Shown: positions 26,162 to 34,966 of the stretch, piece by piece
Position numbering within the stretch: position 1 is the first letter of the stretch
How the letters are laid out: every line of letters starts with the position of its first letter
Source: Alphaproteobacteria bacterium UBA6178
GTDB lineage: Bacteria > Pseudomonadota > Alphaproteobacteria > Rickettsiales > UBA3002
Length of the DNA stretch: 64,000 nucleotides
Reading direction: 5' to 3'
Assembly (NCBI GenBank): GCA_002422205.1
Contig: DITS01000009.1
Location: 124,769 to 188,768 of the forward strand
Notes under the pieces: generated by a model
Told to the model about the DNA's origin: nothing
The model's input: the letters and a program-made list of their open reading frames with translations, nothing else
Database searches by the model: none
Made by a program: the position numbers and the translations under genes

Positions 26162-27154
26162 TCAGCTGTTACGTAAGCTGCTATGGCATAGCTCACGCAT
26201 GGTTTGCAGTAGGCTATCCGGTTCTAAAATGGTGACGCTGTCGCCCCAGGTGAATAAGTGCCAGCATAATTCGCTGAGGCCACCTGCGGTGAAGCGGACG
26301 ATGATATCGCCATTATTTTGTTGCTCGATTTGTTGCGTGGGGTGGAAGTGAAAGTTCAGTACATCGCTTGCCGCTTCGGCATTAAAACGAAGCACCACGG
26401 ATTGCGGCTCTTCCTGATACACTCCGAAAGAACGTGCGGCATAATCCTGTAAGGAGAAAGCGGCATCGCGTTGATAGGCGTTGCCGGTTTTTTTGGCGGA
26501 GCGAATATTGGAAAGTAACCACAGACGCCAATCCTGCATGGCAGGGCTGTAGGCCACCAGGTAGGCTTTGCGACCATAGAGGAAGCCATAGGGGTGGATG
26601 GTTTGTTTGCTGTCTTTGCCGCTGCTGCGTGCGGTGTATTCGATGCATATCTCCTGCATGCCGAGGATGGCGTGCCGTAGCGCTGCCAGTATGTCGTTAT
26701 TTAGTCGTCGTCGGGGGCCGGGCTGCAATGCCAGTCCTTCGGCTAGCGTGAGTGCCTCTAGGTCGGGTTCCATGCGGCGCAGCAGGTCGGGGCGCATCGC
26801 TCCGAGTAGCGACAGCCGCAATTGTTCGAGCTTGCCTGCCTGTTCTTGTAGCCCTTCTTTGGATAGCAGGGCGCTGGCGGTTTGCAGGGCGATCAATTGG
26901 TCGCTCGAGCAATCCAGCAAGCGTGACAGCGTGCCGGTTGGCAGACGCCAGCGTTTGGTGCGCTCCTCATCCGGCACTTCCTCCATCTGCGGAAAGACGC
27001 GCCACAGCGCATCGCGCAGCCGCTCGGCGGTGCGGCGTGAGATGCTGAGCGCTTCCTGTATATCGGCCAGTGACAGGCCTGAGCGGGTGGCCTGCATTCT
27101 CAGAGCGAGGGTGAGTAACATCTCCGCTTTCTCATGACGTGGGCCGGTGGTCAC
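26162..27154 (-). CDS. HTH-WYL-domain transcriptional regulator (BrxR/CapW-like architecture)
   Basis: N-terminal HTH (LSLADIQEALSISRRTAERLRDAL). Central WYL-like segment (IHPYGFLYGRKAYLVAYSP...WRLWLLSNI). C-terminal extension. GTG start 3 nt after the upstream stop. Confidence 0.8.
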   Translation of the reverse strand: MTTGPRHEKAEMLLTLALRMQATRSGLSLADIQEALSISRRTAERLRDALWRVFPQMEEVPDEERTKRWRLPTGTLSRLLDCSSDQLIALQTASALLSKEGLQEQAGKLEQLRLSLLGAMRPDLLRRMEPDLEALTLAEGLALQPGPRRRLNNDILAALRHAILGMQEICIEYTARSSGKDSKQTIHPYGFLYGRKAYLVAYSPAMQDWRLWLLSNIRSAKKTGNAYQRDAAFSLQDYAARSFGVYQEEPQSVVLRFNAEAASDVLNFHFHPTQQIEQQNNGDIIVRFTAGGLSELCWHLFTWGDSVTILEPDSLLQTMRELCHSSLRNS

Positions 27155-27157
27155 GAT

Positions 27158-27853
27158 TTAATATCCATGTTCACTCAGCACCTCATCCACTGCTTCGGCA
27201 CAGCTGGTGAATAGCGGTATGATGGCATTTATCAATGAGGCATGCTTATCTTTTTTATATGACTCATAGAAGTAGAGCAATGCCTCGTCACTTGTAAAGG
27301 ACGATGGCAAGCCATCAAAGCCCTCTGCGCGAAGCAGCGTGTCCAAGTAAGTGTAGGTTGGCCACCAGTTACTTTGTTCTGCCATAGGAATCGGGCTTTG
27401 GAGTTTTGAAAATATTAGACTCCGTATATCCTTGTCTGCAAGATATGCAACGTCATCTTCTGGATGCCAGTAATTTTCATTTTTTGTCGCTTTCTTATCC
27501 TTTGGTGCGCGGAACCCGAATTCAATCCTAGCTTCATGACATAAGGCAATGCCAGATAATTTGGGCCATGTTTTTCGGCGTAGGCGGATAGAAGAATGGA
27601 TCTGCAGGGGCGAGTCCTTCCATTGTGTCTTGTTGCACCAGTCGCTAACTACCCAGTATCTAAGCTCTTCTTTGCTTCCGCGGTTCATATCTCTGCATTT
27701 TGACTCCAGTTGCTCTGTCAATGCGCAGAGAAACTCCCCCAGATATTTGCTCTTAATAGCGTTGCCCTGCGTGATAATAGCCAGTGCAATTTTGTAATTA
27801 TCGGTGTTTTTAAATGCATTGTTGACAACCAATTCTTGTAAGACTTTGGTCAT
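27158..27853 (-). CDS. Hypothetical protein (third gene of the AAA+/nuclease operon)
   Basis: The MTKVLQEL Met overlaps the upstream stop (ATGA). 231 aa, Trp-rich, no domain recognised. AT-richer than its neighbours. Confidence 0.55.
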   Translation of the reverse strand: MTKVLQELVVNNAFKNTDNYKIALAIITQGNAIKSKYLGEFLCALTEQLESKCRDMNRGSKEELRYWVVSDWCNKTQWKDSPLQIHSSIRLRRKTWPKLSGIALCHEARIEFGFRAPKDKKATKNENYWHPEDDVAYLADKDIRSLIFSKLQSPIPMAEQSNWWPTYTYLDTLLRAEGFDGLPSSFTSDEALLYFYESYKKDKHASLINAIIPLFTSCAEAVDEVLSEHGY

Positions 27854-28533
27854 TCGATTTCCTCCTCTGGTAATTGCCATTGCAGCACAGGAAAATTCTG
27901 CGCGACATATTCTTCAAAATCACAGAGGAAGCAGCGCAGTTTTTCGGCGCGGGTTTCCTGTATGCAGCGTGTGAGCCAGCCTTTCAGACTGGGACTGCCC
28001 TCGGTGCTGTGATAAGGTAGTGTGATCCCAATCTCCGCCCATGTTTCGGTATCAATGCTGGTGGGTGTAAGGGTCTGGCCTGTCAGGAAGACCAGCTTGT
28101 ATCGCTCTGTAGCGCCGCATTGTTCCCTTAAATGATTGGAATAATCTTCGAGTTGGTTTGTTTGCTCCAATGCCCATGGTTTATTCTCGATTGCCAGCCG
28201 GAATCGATTCCGGCTTGTGAGCAATAAATCTATGCGCTGCCTACCGTTGGCTTGTACTTCGCATGTCACTTTGACTTTCTCATCGACCGGGAAAGTGTCA
28301 AAGCCGATGGTCTCAATAAAAAGCCGGAGGAGCAGATCACCCTGCCCATGTGGGCCGAGTGGGTCGAGCAGATCACGCAGGATGGTGGAGAGTGCCATTT
28401 CGTTGCGGGCTAGATACAGCGAAAACAGATTTAACCGCCTTGCGGTGGCGCGGTCAATATCGCGTTGGGCGCGTTCAACATAGGGTAGCATACCGCTTAG
28501 CTCGGCAAAGAATTGTTCCACATTTTGTTTCAT
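27850..28533 (-). CDS. PD-(D/E)XK superfamily nuclease-like protein
   Basis: N-terminal NLFSLY...E...S..LRDLLDP.GPHGQG motif. Core GRQRIDLLL ... RLAIENKPWA gives the D...E-x-K arrangement. Confidence 0.7.
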   Translation of the reverse strand: MKQNVEQFFAELSGMLPYVERAQRDIDRATARRLNLFSLYLARNEMALSTILRDLLDPLGPHGQGDLLLRLFIETIGFDTFPVDEKVKVTCEVQANGRQRIDLLLTSRNRFRLAIENKPWALEQTNQLEDYSNHLREQCGATERYKLVFLTGQTLTPTSIDTETWAEIGITLPYHSTEGSPSLKGWLTRCIQETRAEKLRCFLCDFEEYVAQNFPVLQWQLPEEEIE

Positions 28534-28545
28534 TTTTTACTCTCT

Positions 28546-30567
28546 TTACGATGCCATACGGAATCCGAGTGGTTGTTTAATGCCGTGCCGATCACGCTGC
28601 TCCTTTAGTAGCATGGATAAGAGCTCTGTTACATCCTTTTGTAAACCTAAAATGATCGCTTTGCGTTTGACGACGGCAAAATCGGCAGGTGTCAGGCATG
28701 TTAGCTGCGCGATGGCTGCCGGTGGCTTTTTGCCAAAATAATGTCGAAAGCACGCGGCAGCCTGCTCTGCTGTGAGATAGTGAAACCCGATTTTGAATGT
28801 GAAGCGACGCAGGGATGCGGTATCCAGATGCTGCATCAGATTGGTGGTGCAGGCAAAAGGCAGCGGGTGCGATTCCATCCATGTCAGCATTTCATTTACC
28901 TGTGTGACTTCCCATGAGCGCTGCGCATTCTGGCGATCCTGCAATAGGCTGTCGGCTTCATCAAACACAAGAAAAGCGTTTTCTTCTATTGCTTCACGGA
29001 ATGCGGCGGCAATGCGTTTCTCAGTATCTCCGACCCATTTAGACAGCAGGTCTGACGCACGTAATTGTTTCAGCTCCAGCCCCATTTGCTGTGCAAGGTA
29101 GCGTGTGTAGGCCGTTTTACCCGTGCCGGGAGGGCCATAAAGACACAGAGAGAAATGTTGTCCCGCATCGGGACGAATGAGCTGGGTTGTGAGATGATCG
29201 AGGTTGGTATCGGCATGGGCAAATGCAGGGTTGAATGCCACCGAATCATGGGTGGGGAGTTTGCTTTTTCCTTCCATTAGCTTATGGGCATTGGCCAGGG
29301 CAAAACGCACCTGCTCGATGCCGCCATCGGCCAGTTGGGCGGCTTTGATCGCGTGTTCGGCAATGGCGGGCGCTTCATTGAAATCGCGTGCGAGCCGGTC
29401 GATGTCCTGGGTTGAGAGCGAAAGCTTCTGCGTCTGCGCCAGACGTTGCCAGATGCGCCGACGATTCTGCTCAGGCGGTGCTTTCATTTCAATGGCAATG
29501 GTCATACGGCGCAATAATGCCGGATCGAAATGCCCGATAGCGTTGGTCGTCCAAAATGTCGGGAGTGGGTTATTTTCCAGCATGCGATTCAGGAATACTT
29601 TGGAGCCACCCATTACCATGCGGCCATAACCGGCATCGAGTAAATCCTCCATTTCGTCAAACAGCAAGAGCGCGGGTTTGGCATTGAGGAGCAGTTTGTT
29701 AGCCAGTCGCAGGGCGCGCATGCGCTCGATGCGCGTTGCCTCGTCTCCGGCCTCATCGGTTTCGGCGATGCTGTATAGGGGGGTGCGTAACCGCGCAGCA
29801 AGGGCTTTGCACAATTCGGTCTTGCCCGTGCCGGGCGGGCCGTAAAGCAGAATGTTAATGCCTTTGGCTTGGGTGCGCAGCGCGCCACTGAGCATTCGTT
29901 CGAGAAAATCACGCGCTTCGCTCAGATGTTCAAAATCGGACCATGATAAGCTGCTGCGCTGTGCTTCACCGAGCAGTCCGGCATAGGAGGATTTGCCTTT
30001 GCCGGGCTGTGAGGCAAGCCAGCTATAAATACGTGAGGATAGCTGGATGATGTCGTCAAGGTCGGATGCGCCTATTAAGCGGTCTTCATGCAGGATGCCT
30101 GTGTTTTTCAAAACGGCACTTTGTTGCAGGCTCATCATGATATCGGTGCGCTTGCATCGCAGCATCAATGCCAATGCATCCGTGGTGTTGCAACGGTGGA
30201 AGGCCATCAGAAAACCACCCATCACCGGATTGAAGCGGAGCGCCGCACCCATCGTCAGAATGGCGGCTTCGGTTTCGTTTAGTTTGAGCAGGCTGGTCAG
30301 TCTGTTCACATTGGTTTGCACCGGTGGTAATGATTGTCGTGCTGTATGCTGCAGCATAGGCGCGAGCAATTGGATAATCCGGCTGCGCTGTTCGTCGCTA
30401 TCGGTCTGTGCATTGAGATCTGCACGATTGGGTTCGGGGAGTATACTGTCGCCATCACTTTGCAGCCAGTCGATAAGGCAGCGTGCAATGCGGCTTTGTT
30501 TGGGGGCGGCGCGCAGAATATGGGTGCTGTAGCGGGCAATCAGCGTCGGGGTGGTCAGATCAATCAT
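28546..30567 (-). CDS. Tandem classical-clade AAA+ ATPase with about 235-aa N-terminal domain of unknown function
   Basis: Two modules. Each has Walker A GPPGTGKT, a Walker B (LLLFDEMED; FLVFDEADS) and SRH-like Arg pairs (DPALLRRM; DTASLRRF). A strong SD (AAGGAGAG) precedes the ATG. Confidence 0.85.
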   Translation of the reverse strand: MIDLTTPTLIARYSTHILRAAPKQSRIARCLIDWLQSDGDSILPEPNRADLNAQTDSDEQRSRIIQLLAPMLQHTARQSLPPVQTNVNRLTSLLKLNETEAAILTMGAALRFNPVMGGFLMAFHRCNTTDALALMLRCKRTDIMMSLQQSAVLKNTGILHEDRLIGASDLDDIIQLSSRIYSWLASQPGKGKSSYAGLLGEAQRSSLSWSDFEHLSEARDFLERMLSGALRTQAKGINILLYGPPGTGKTELCKALAARLRTPLYSIAETDEAGDEATRIERMRALRLANKLLLNAKPALLLFDEMEDLLDAGYGRMVMGGSKVFLNRMLENNPLPTFWTTNAIGHFDPALLRRMTIAIEMKAPPEQNRRRIWQRLAQTQKLSLSTQDIDRLARDFNEAPAIAEHAIKAAQLADGGIEQVRFALANAHKLMEGKSKLPTHDSVAFNPAFAHADTNLDHLTTQLIRPDAGQHFSLCLYGPPGTGKTAYTRYLAQQMGLELKQLRASDLLSKWVGDTEKRIAAAFREAIEENAFLVFDEADSLLQDRQNAQRSWEVTQVNEMLTWMESHPLPFACTTNLMQHLDTASLRRFTFKIGFHYLTAEQAAACFRHYFGKKPPAAIAQLTCLTPADFAVVKRKAIILGLQKDVTELLSMLLKEQRDRHGIKQPLGFRMAS

Positions 30568-30627
30568 GCTCTCTCCTTTGGGTGATGAAGTGAGTATAGG
30601 CTATGCGTGCGTCAGAATCGGACGTAT

Positions 30628-30849
30628 TCATCGCAATCTATTAAGCTGATCCCATTGTCCCGCTTCATCGATTTCTTCAGCGGTATGGAGCACAGCTATT
30701 CGGGAAGCCTCGAATTGAATCGATCTGCCCGATTTGGGCTTGGGGTTAGGGTTGGACTCGGCGGGAAAATGCTCACCGGCCCAGTTGGTCCACTGTGCTA
30801 ACGCGTTCTCAAAGCCCTTGGGGGGCTCTGTCTGTTTGCCATGACTCAT
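30628..30849 (-). CDS. Small protein carrying the conserved MSHGKQTEPPKGFENALAQWTNWAGEHFP N-terminal module
   Basis: Start at the MSHGK Met within ORF 30628..30882. The first 29 codons and the upstream DNA are identical to those of the 507-aa gene starting at 34362. Confidence 0.45.
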   Translation of the reverse strand: MSHGKQTEPPKGFENALAQWTNWAGEHFPAESNPNPKPKSGRSIQFEASRIAVLHTAEEIDEAGQWDQLNRLR

Positions 30850-31127
30850 TTGCACCACGCTTGCGCAATGAACCACTCTCACCGAACTGACGTTTTTCGT
30901 TTTTTTGCTTGCGTGTTTCGGATGGGTTACAGGTTTTGGGGGAGGGGTATGAGAGGCGGGAAGGGTGCGCTGAGCGCGGATTTGGGAGCTGGAAGCATAG
31001 CGCTAAAATAGTTAAGAATTAGTTAGCTTCCAAATATCTTCACAAAAGCTTCATACTTCTCAATAGAATAGTTTGTTAGAAATTTCTCACCTTCGCACAC
31101 AAAAACATGGGAGAGTGTTATGGGAGA
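30762..31127. repeat. Divergent promoter / 5' cassette, copy 1 (complete)
   Basis: The left part matches 34275-34417 (minus-gene N-terminus and leader). The right part (30901-31127) matches 31842-32068 (leader, GGGAGAG SD and the ATGGGAGA start of plus genes). Contains TTCACA-N19-TAGAAT (31039-31069). Confidence 0.8.
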
Positions 31128-31401
31128 CGCAACGGCAAAACATATTCCGACGGATATAGCAGAAGCGGCAAGGGAAGCAGGGCGACCCGTTCAGTTAGCG
31201 CAGGCAAGTGGTAGAGCTGCACCGCGCACCGGTAGGGAATCGTGGGAGATCAGTGTTGAAACATCGTCCGATTTCACACTTCTGATTGACCAGTTTAACT
31301 GCGCTTTTGGTAATGCCCCTGCACAACTAGATAAGGATAGACAGCGGCAGCCAAATGCCAATTTTCCTACTGCAGATGTATATCTGCAATCGCGTTATTA
31401 A
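31120..31401 (+). CDS. Hypothetical protein expressed from cassette copy 1
   Basis: Begins at the conserved SD-ATGGGAGA. 93 aa. Overlaps the next ORF in another frame. Confidence 0.4.
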   Translation: MGDATAKHIPTDIAEAAREAGRPVQLAQASGRAAPRTGRESWEISVETSSDFTLLIDQFNCAFGNAPAQLDKDRQRQPNANFPTADVYLQSRY

Positions 31402-31789
31402 AGTAAGTCAACAACGTGATCCACAACTGATCGCATTATATGAAAGAATAGCTGAGAGATTAGGTGGGAAAGCTAATCAAGCTAAATCACTGCACGATGT
31501 GATTGCCGAGCATGCTTATAATAACAGGCCTAATTATCCATTTAACGGCCAAAATGGAAAGTTGTCGAATGAGTTAGCGTTTCATGCCGGTGTACGCGAT
31601 GTGCTGATTAATCCCAAGATGCAAGGAGAGAAACTTGTTCCTGACTCATCTGTGACGCCAGAGATTATGGCTGAAATTACGCGTGACTGCTATCGGCCTG
31701 GTTATAAAAGCGATACTCAGGTTTGTTATGGAGCGGGTATGGAGTTGGGTAAGCAAATTAAGCTAAATAGTGGAAGAGCAAAAAACTGA
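31355..31789 (+). CDS. Hypothetical protein (possibly the frameshifted continuation of 31120..31401)
   Basis: 144-aa ORF overlapping the previous one by 47 nt in the +1 frame. No obvious SD of its own. Confidence 0.35.
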   Translation: MPIFLLQMYICNRVIKVSQQRDPQLIALYERIAERLGGKANQAKSLHDVIAEHAYNNRPNYPFNGQNGKLSNELAFHAGVRDVLINPKMQGEKLVPDSSVTPEIMAEITRDCYRPGYKSDTQVCYGAGMELGKQIKLNSGRAKN

Positions 31790-31841
31790 GACGCATCCGC
31801 GCTGTACCTATGCAATGCATTTTTTTAGCAGACAGATGTTT

Positions 31842-32068
31842 TTTTTGCTTGCGCTGTTTCGGTTGGGTTACAGGTTTTTGGGGGAGGGTGCTGAAGGACG
31901 CGAGGGGTGCGCTGAGTGCGGATTTGGGTGGCGGGAGCATAGCGCTAAAATGGTTAAGAAATAGTTAGCTTCCAAATATCTTCACAAAAGCTTCATACTT
32001 CTCAATAGAATAGTTTGTTAGAACATTCTGACCTTCGCACACAAAAACATGGGAGAGTGTTATGGGAG
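31842..32068. repeat. Divergent promoter cassette, copy 2 (plus-side half only)
   Basis: Near-identical to 30901-31127. The minus-side gene is absent. Confidence 0.8.
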
Positions 32069-32841
32069 AAACGGTAGCCAAGAGTCCTCATCAAGATGTG
32101 ATTGATGGCCTTATCAAAATAGCAAAAGAAGATAAAACTCTTGATTTTATTCGCTTCAAATGCTCGGTTGGTTTAATGGGACATGATTTAAAAAAGGGCA
32201 TTAATTCTATAGCTGGTGCTGCCCCTGTAACTCCTAATGATACGGGTATGTTATGCCGAGCTATTATGAAGTTAGATGTACCAAACGACCCCTATAGTTT
32301 TTATGATCTGTATCTTCTAGAATTAAAAAAAGCGTTCCCTATTACCAAAGAAGCGGTGCAAGAAGCGATTTATCAACGCGCTACACGTGGCCGTGATAAT
32401 GAAGGCGCTTTTAATGTGGAAGTAGTTGGAACTGATGGAAAGAAATATACTATACCCGTAGCGGCGGGTCCGGCTAGTGCCTATGATGCCGGGTATGTGC
32501 AGGAGCATGAAAACCTGACGCAAAAAAACGCGACTCCACCGAGCAAACCCGATGCAACAAATCGCTTTTACCATGATGTGATGCAGTTATTTGCTTCACA
32601 GCCTCAGGATAAGCAAGAAGTTATCGCTCGTGAGATAGGTAATGCTTGCTTTAATAACGCAATACCCAGCTTGGGGGCTGGTAAAACCAGTGTGGGGACT
32701 TGCGCTGTAGCAGGTAGGCTGCAGCGTCGATTGGATGGGGCAAGTAATGCATCGGCTGCAGACACGGGTCGTTTGTCTCCCGATAGCGCTGGTGGTATAC
32801 CACCAAAGGCAAGCACTGTGATTGTACTCAATCCGCAATAA
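32062..32841 (+). CDS. Hypothetical protein expressed from cassette copy 2
   Basis: Same SD and MGE start as 31120, but an unrelated 259-aa body. No domain recognised. Confidence 0.55.
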   Translation: MGETVAKSPHQDVIDGLIKIAKEDKTLDFIRFKCSVGLMGHDLKKGINSIAGAAPVTPNDTGMLCRAIMKLDVPNDPYSFYDLYLLELKKAFPITKEAVQEAIYQRATRGRDNEGAFNVEVVGTDGKKYTIPVAAGPASAYDAGYVQEHENLTQKNATPPSKPDATNRFYHDVMQLFASQPQDKQEVIAREIGNACFNNAIPSLGAGKTSVGTCAVAGRLQRRLDGASNASAADTGRLSPDSAGGIPPKASTVIVLNPQ

Positions 32842-34362
32842 CTAGGCTCTTCCAATATTGGTATCGGCCGAAGCTATTTTTTGTGGAATATTAGGGCTTT
32901 TGTTTTCGTCTACGTTTGCTTCCTCACCACCCGTTACTGCTACCTTATCATTGGATTGAGTAGACGCTGATGTTGAAAGCTTTGCAATAGATATATCCAT
33001 TAAGGGTACAATGATATCCTGTGTCTTTGGGCTTTCATTAACTGTTAAAACTGAAAGCTCTTTCGCTTTAGCACTTTCCTTAGTATCGCTAATTGCATTG
33101 CTATAAGAATTCATTATCCGCGTTTGTTTTTCAGCTGAATCTACGTCTGCTGCAGGCTTTTCTTCCAAAGATTTTATGGCTGCTTCAGCTCTGGGATTTA
33201 ATGATTGAGCTTTTCGTTCATTGTTTGCCTGACTTTTGTCATTTTCTTGCTTTTGCCTTTTAAGCTGCTCCTGCTTTTGCACTAAACCTTCTTCTTTTTT
33301 GGCGGATTCTTTTTTGGCTTCTTCAACCTTCTTTTCTGCCTCCGCCTTTTCTTCGGGGGTTGAGTTGGGGTCATTGCGTACTTTCTCGCGATTGCGTTCA
33401 GCATCGATGATTTTCAGCTGAGCGGCAGCGATTTCGGCTTTGCCTTCTTCTTCGGTTTTTTTCTTTGCTTCTTCTATTTGCTTTTGTTCGGCTTGTAGCT
33501 GTTGCTGTTTCTCTTCGACTTCCTTTTTTGCCAGCGCCTGCGTTTCGGCCAGTACTCGGCGGGCTTCGGCAAGGCGGCGTTCGGCATCTTCGATGTCACG
33601 CTCAGAGGCACCGCGCTTGCGTAATTCCTCGACGGTGGCTTCGGCGGCGTCGACATCGTTTTGCGCCATGTCGGTGCGGATGAGGGCGCGGTCGACGCGG
33701 TCTTCGGTTTGATTGAGCTTTTCTTCCAGTGCCGCACGCTCGTTGCGGAAGGGTGAAAGGTCGATGCCGTATTTGCCAGCCAGTTGATCGATGGCGGCGT
33801 TATTCGCTGCGGCGCGTTGCTCCAGCGCAGCCCATTGCGCGTCATAGGCTTCCATTTTCGCCTGAAATATTTCCGTGGCGGTGGCACCGAGCTGGAAACC
33901 GGCTTCCTGTTTGACTGCAGTAGCGTTGGCCATGCTCATCTCAATCACGCTTTTGGCACTGGCTACTGCCATTTTGATCTCACTCGGGGTGCGGGCTTGT
34001 GCTGCCAGATCGCGCACACTGCGCAATGCGCTGAGCGAGCCCTCCAGCCCCGTGGCGGCATTATTGGCGGCGTCGGCGGATTCCTCGCGTAGCGCTTCAT
34101 CAATGATTTCGGCCATTAAGCGTTCGAGCTCATTTATCTGGGCATCCAAAGTGGTGAGGGTTTCGTCACGCATGGCTTGCATCAAGGCTTCGCTGGTGCG
34201 GTCTTCACCCAATATTTCGGTAATGCTTGCGAGTCGTGCTTCTGAGTCAGAGGATAGAGCAGGCGCAGGTTCAACGGGAAAATGCTCACCGGCCCAGTTG
34301 GTCCACTGTGCTAACGCGTTCTCAAAGCCCTTGGGGGGCTCTGTCTGTTTGCCATGACTCAT
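32842..34362 (-). CDS. Large coiled-coil, E/K/A-rich protein with the conserved MSHGKQTEPP... N-terminal module
   Basis: Start at MSHGK within ORF 32842..34380. Long heptad-like E/K/Q-rich central region. S/N/T-rich C-terminal tail. Confidence 0.7.
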   Translation of the reverse strand: MSHGKQTEPPKGFENALAQWTNWAGEHFPVEPAPALSSDSEARLASITEILGEDRTSEALMQAMRDETLTTLDAQINELERLMAEIIDEALREESADAANNAATGLEGSLSALRSVRDLAAQARTPSEIKMAVASAKSVIEMSMANATAVKQEAGFQLGATATEIFQAKMEAYDAQWAALEQRAAANNAAIDQLAGKYGIDLSPFRNERAALEEKLNQTEDRVDRALIRTDMAQNDVDAAEATVEELRKRGASERDIEDAERRLAEARRVLAETQALAKKEVEEKQQQLQAEQKQIEEAKKKTEEEGKAEIAAAQLKIIDAERNREKVRNDPNSTPEEKAEAEKKVEEAKKESAKKEEGLVQKQEQLKRQKQENDKSQANNERKAQSLNPRAEAAIKSLEEKPAADVDSAEKQTRIMNSYSNAISDTKESAKAKELSVLTVNESPKTQDIIVPLMDISIAKLSTSASTQSNDKVAVTGGEEANVDENKSPNIPQKIASADTNIGRA

Positions 34363-34417
34363 TTGCACCTCCCTGTGCAATGAACCACTCTCACCGAACT
34401 GACGTTTTTCGTTTTTT
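34275..34417. repeat. Divergent promoter cassette, copy 3 (minus-side half)
   Basis: Identical to 30762-30857 and then near-identical for about 50 more nt. Confidence 0.8.
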
Positions 34418-34966
34418 GTCTTTTTGCTTGCCCCGTCCCTGTTTTGTTACAGGTTTTAGGGAGGTTTTCTCTTGTTTTTCTCGCTTTTCGCTTCGTGTTT
34501 ATTGTTATGATTCTATTTTGTGTTTCGGTGGTTTACGCCAACTATCCACAATGCTATTTGAACATGAAAGGGTAAATAAATAGTTAAAGTTTTAGCGATT
34601 TGCTGGGGAAATTGTGAATGTCATGAAAGGTTCATAAAAGGGGTGGTTAGTGGCTAGGGGCTTGGTGGCTAGTAGGGATACTGGCGTCGAGGCCAGTATA
34701 CGGTTTTAAGGGGGGCTAAGTTATTTAGTGTCATTCCCGCTTCACGCCGCCTCCTGAGATCCTGCGCTCTTGCTTTGCAAGCCGCAGGATGACGCTATTC
34801 TTTTAATTCCCGCCTTCCCGTCTTCGTTTCGTTCCTGCATCCTAGCGCGAGTGTCACAAAAGCTTCATAAAAATCAGGCGGATTTGTGGGGGAATTGGGG
34901 TATACTGGGGTGGCTGGGAAAATAAAGACTGTGGGCGCATGGGCGCTTGCATGATGGGTTTGAATT

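Larger units (their letters stand above)
23702..30567. mobile_element. Remnant of a second, older tRNA-Glu island (right boundary not determined)
   Basis: Starts with an att core, the same leader and a truncated integrase of the same family. Contents are R-M debris plus an intact defence-like operon. I could not find a third att copy by eye. Confidence 0.4.

Noticed and set aside
30568-30627. A third copy of the tRNA-Glu 3' end that would mark the right boundary (attR) of the older island. Candidates checked: gaatcggacgtatt around 30615 and ctcaccgaac around 30880.
   Set aside because: They share only scattered identities with ggttcgaatcccgtaggggtcacca, which is not convincing by eye. The right boundary is left undetermined; a computed alignment is needed.
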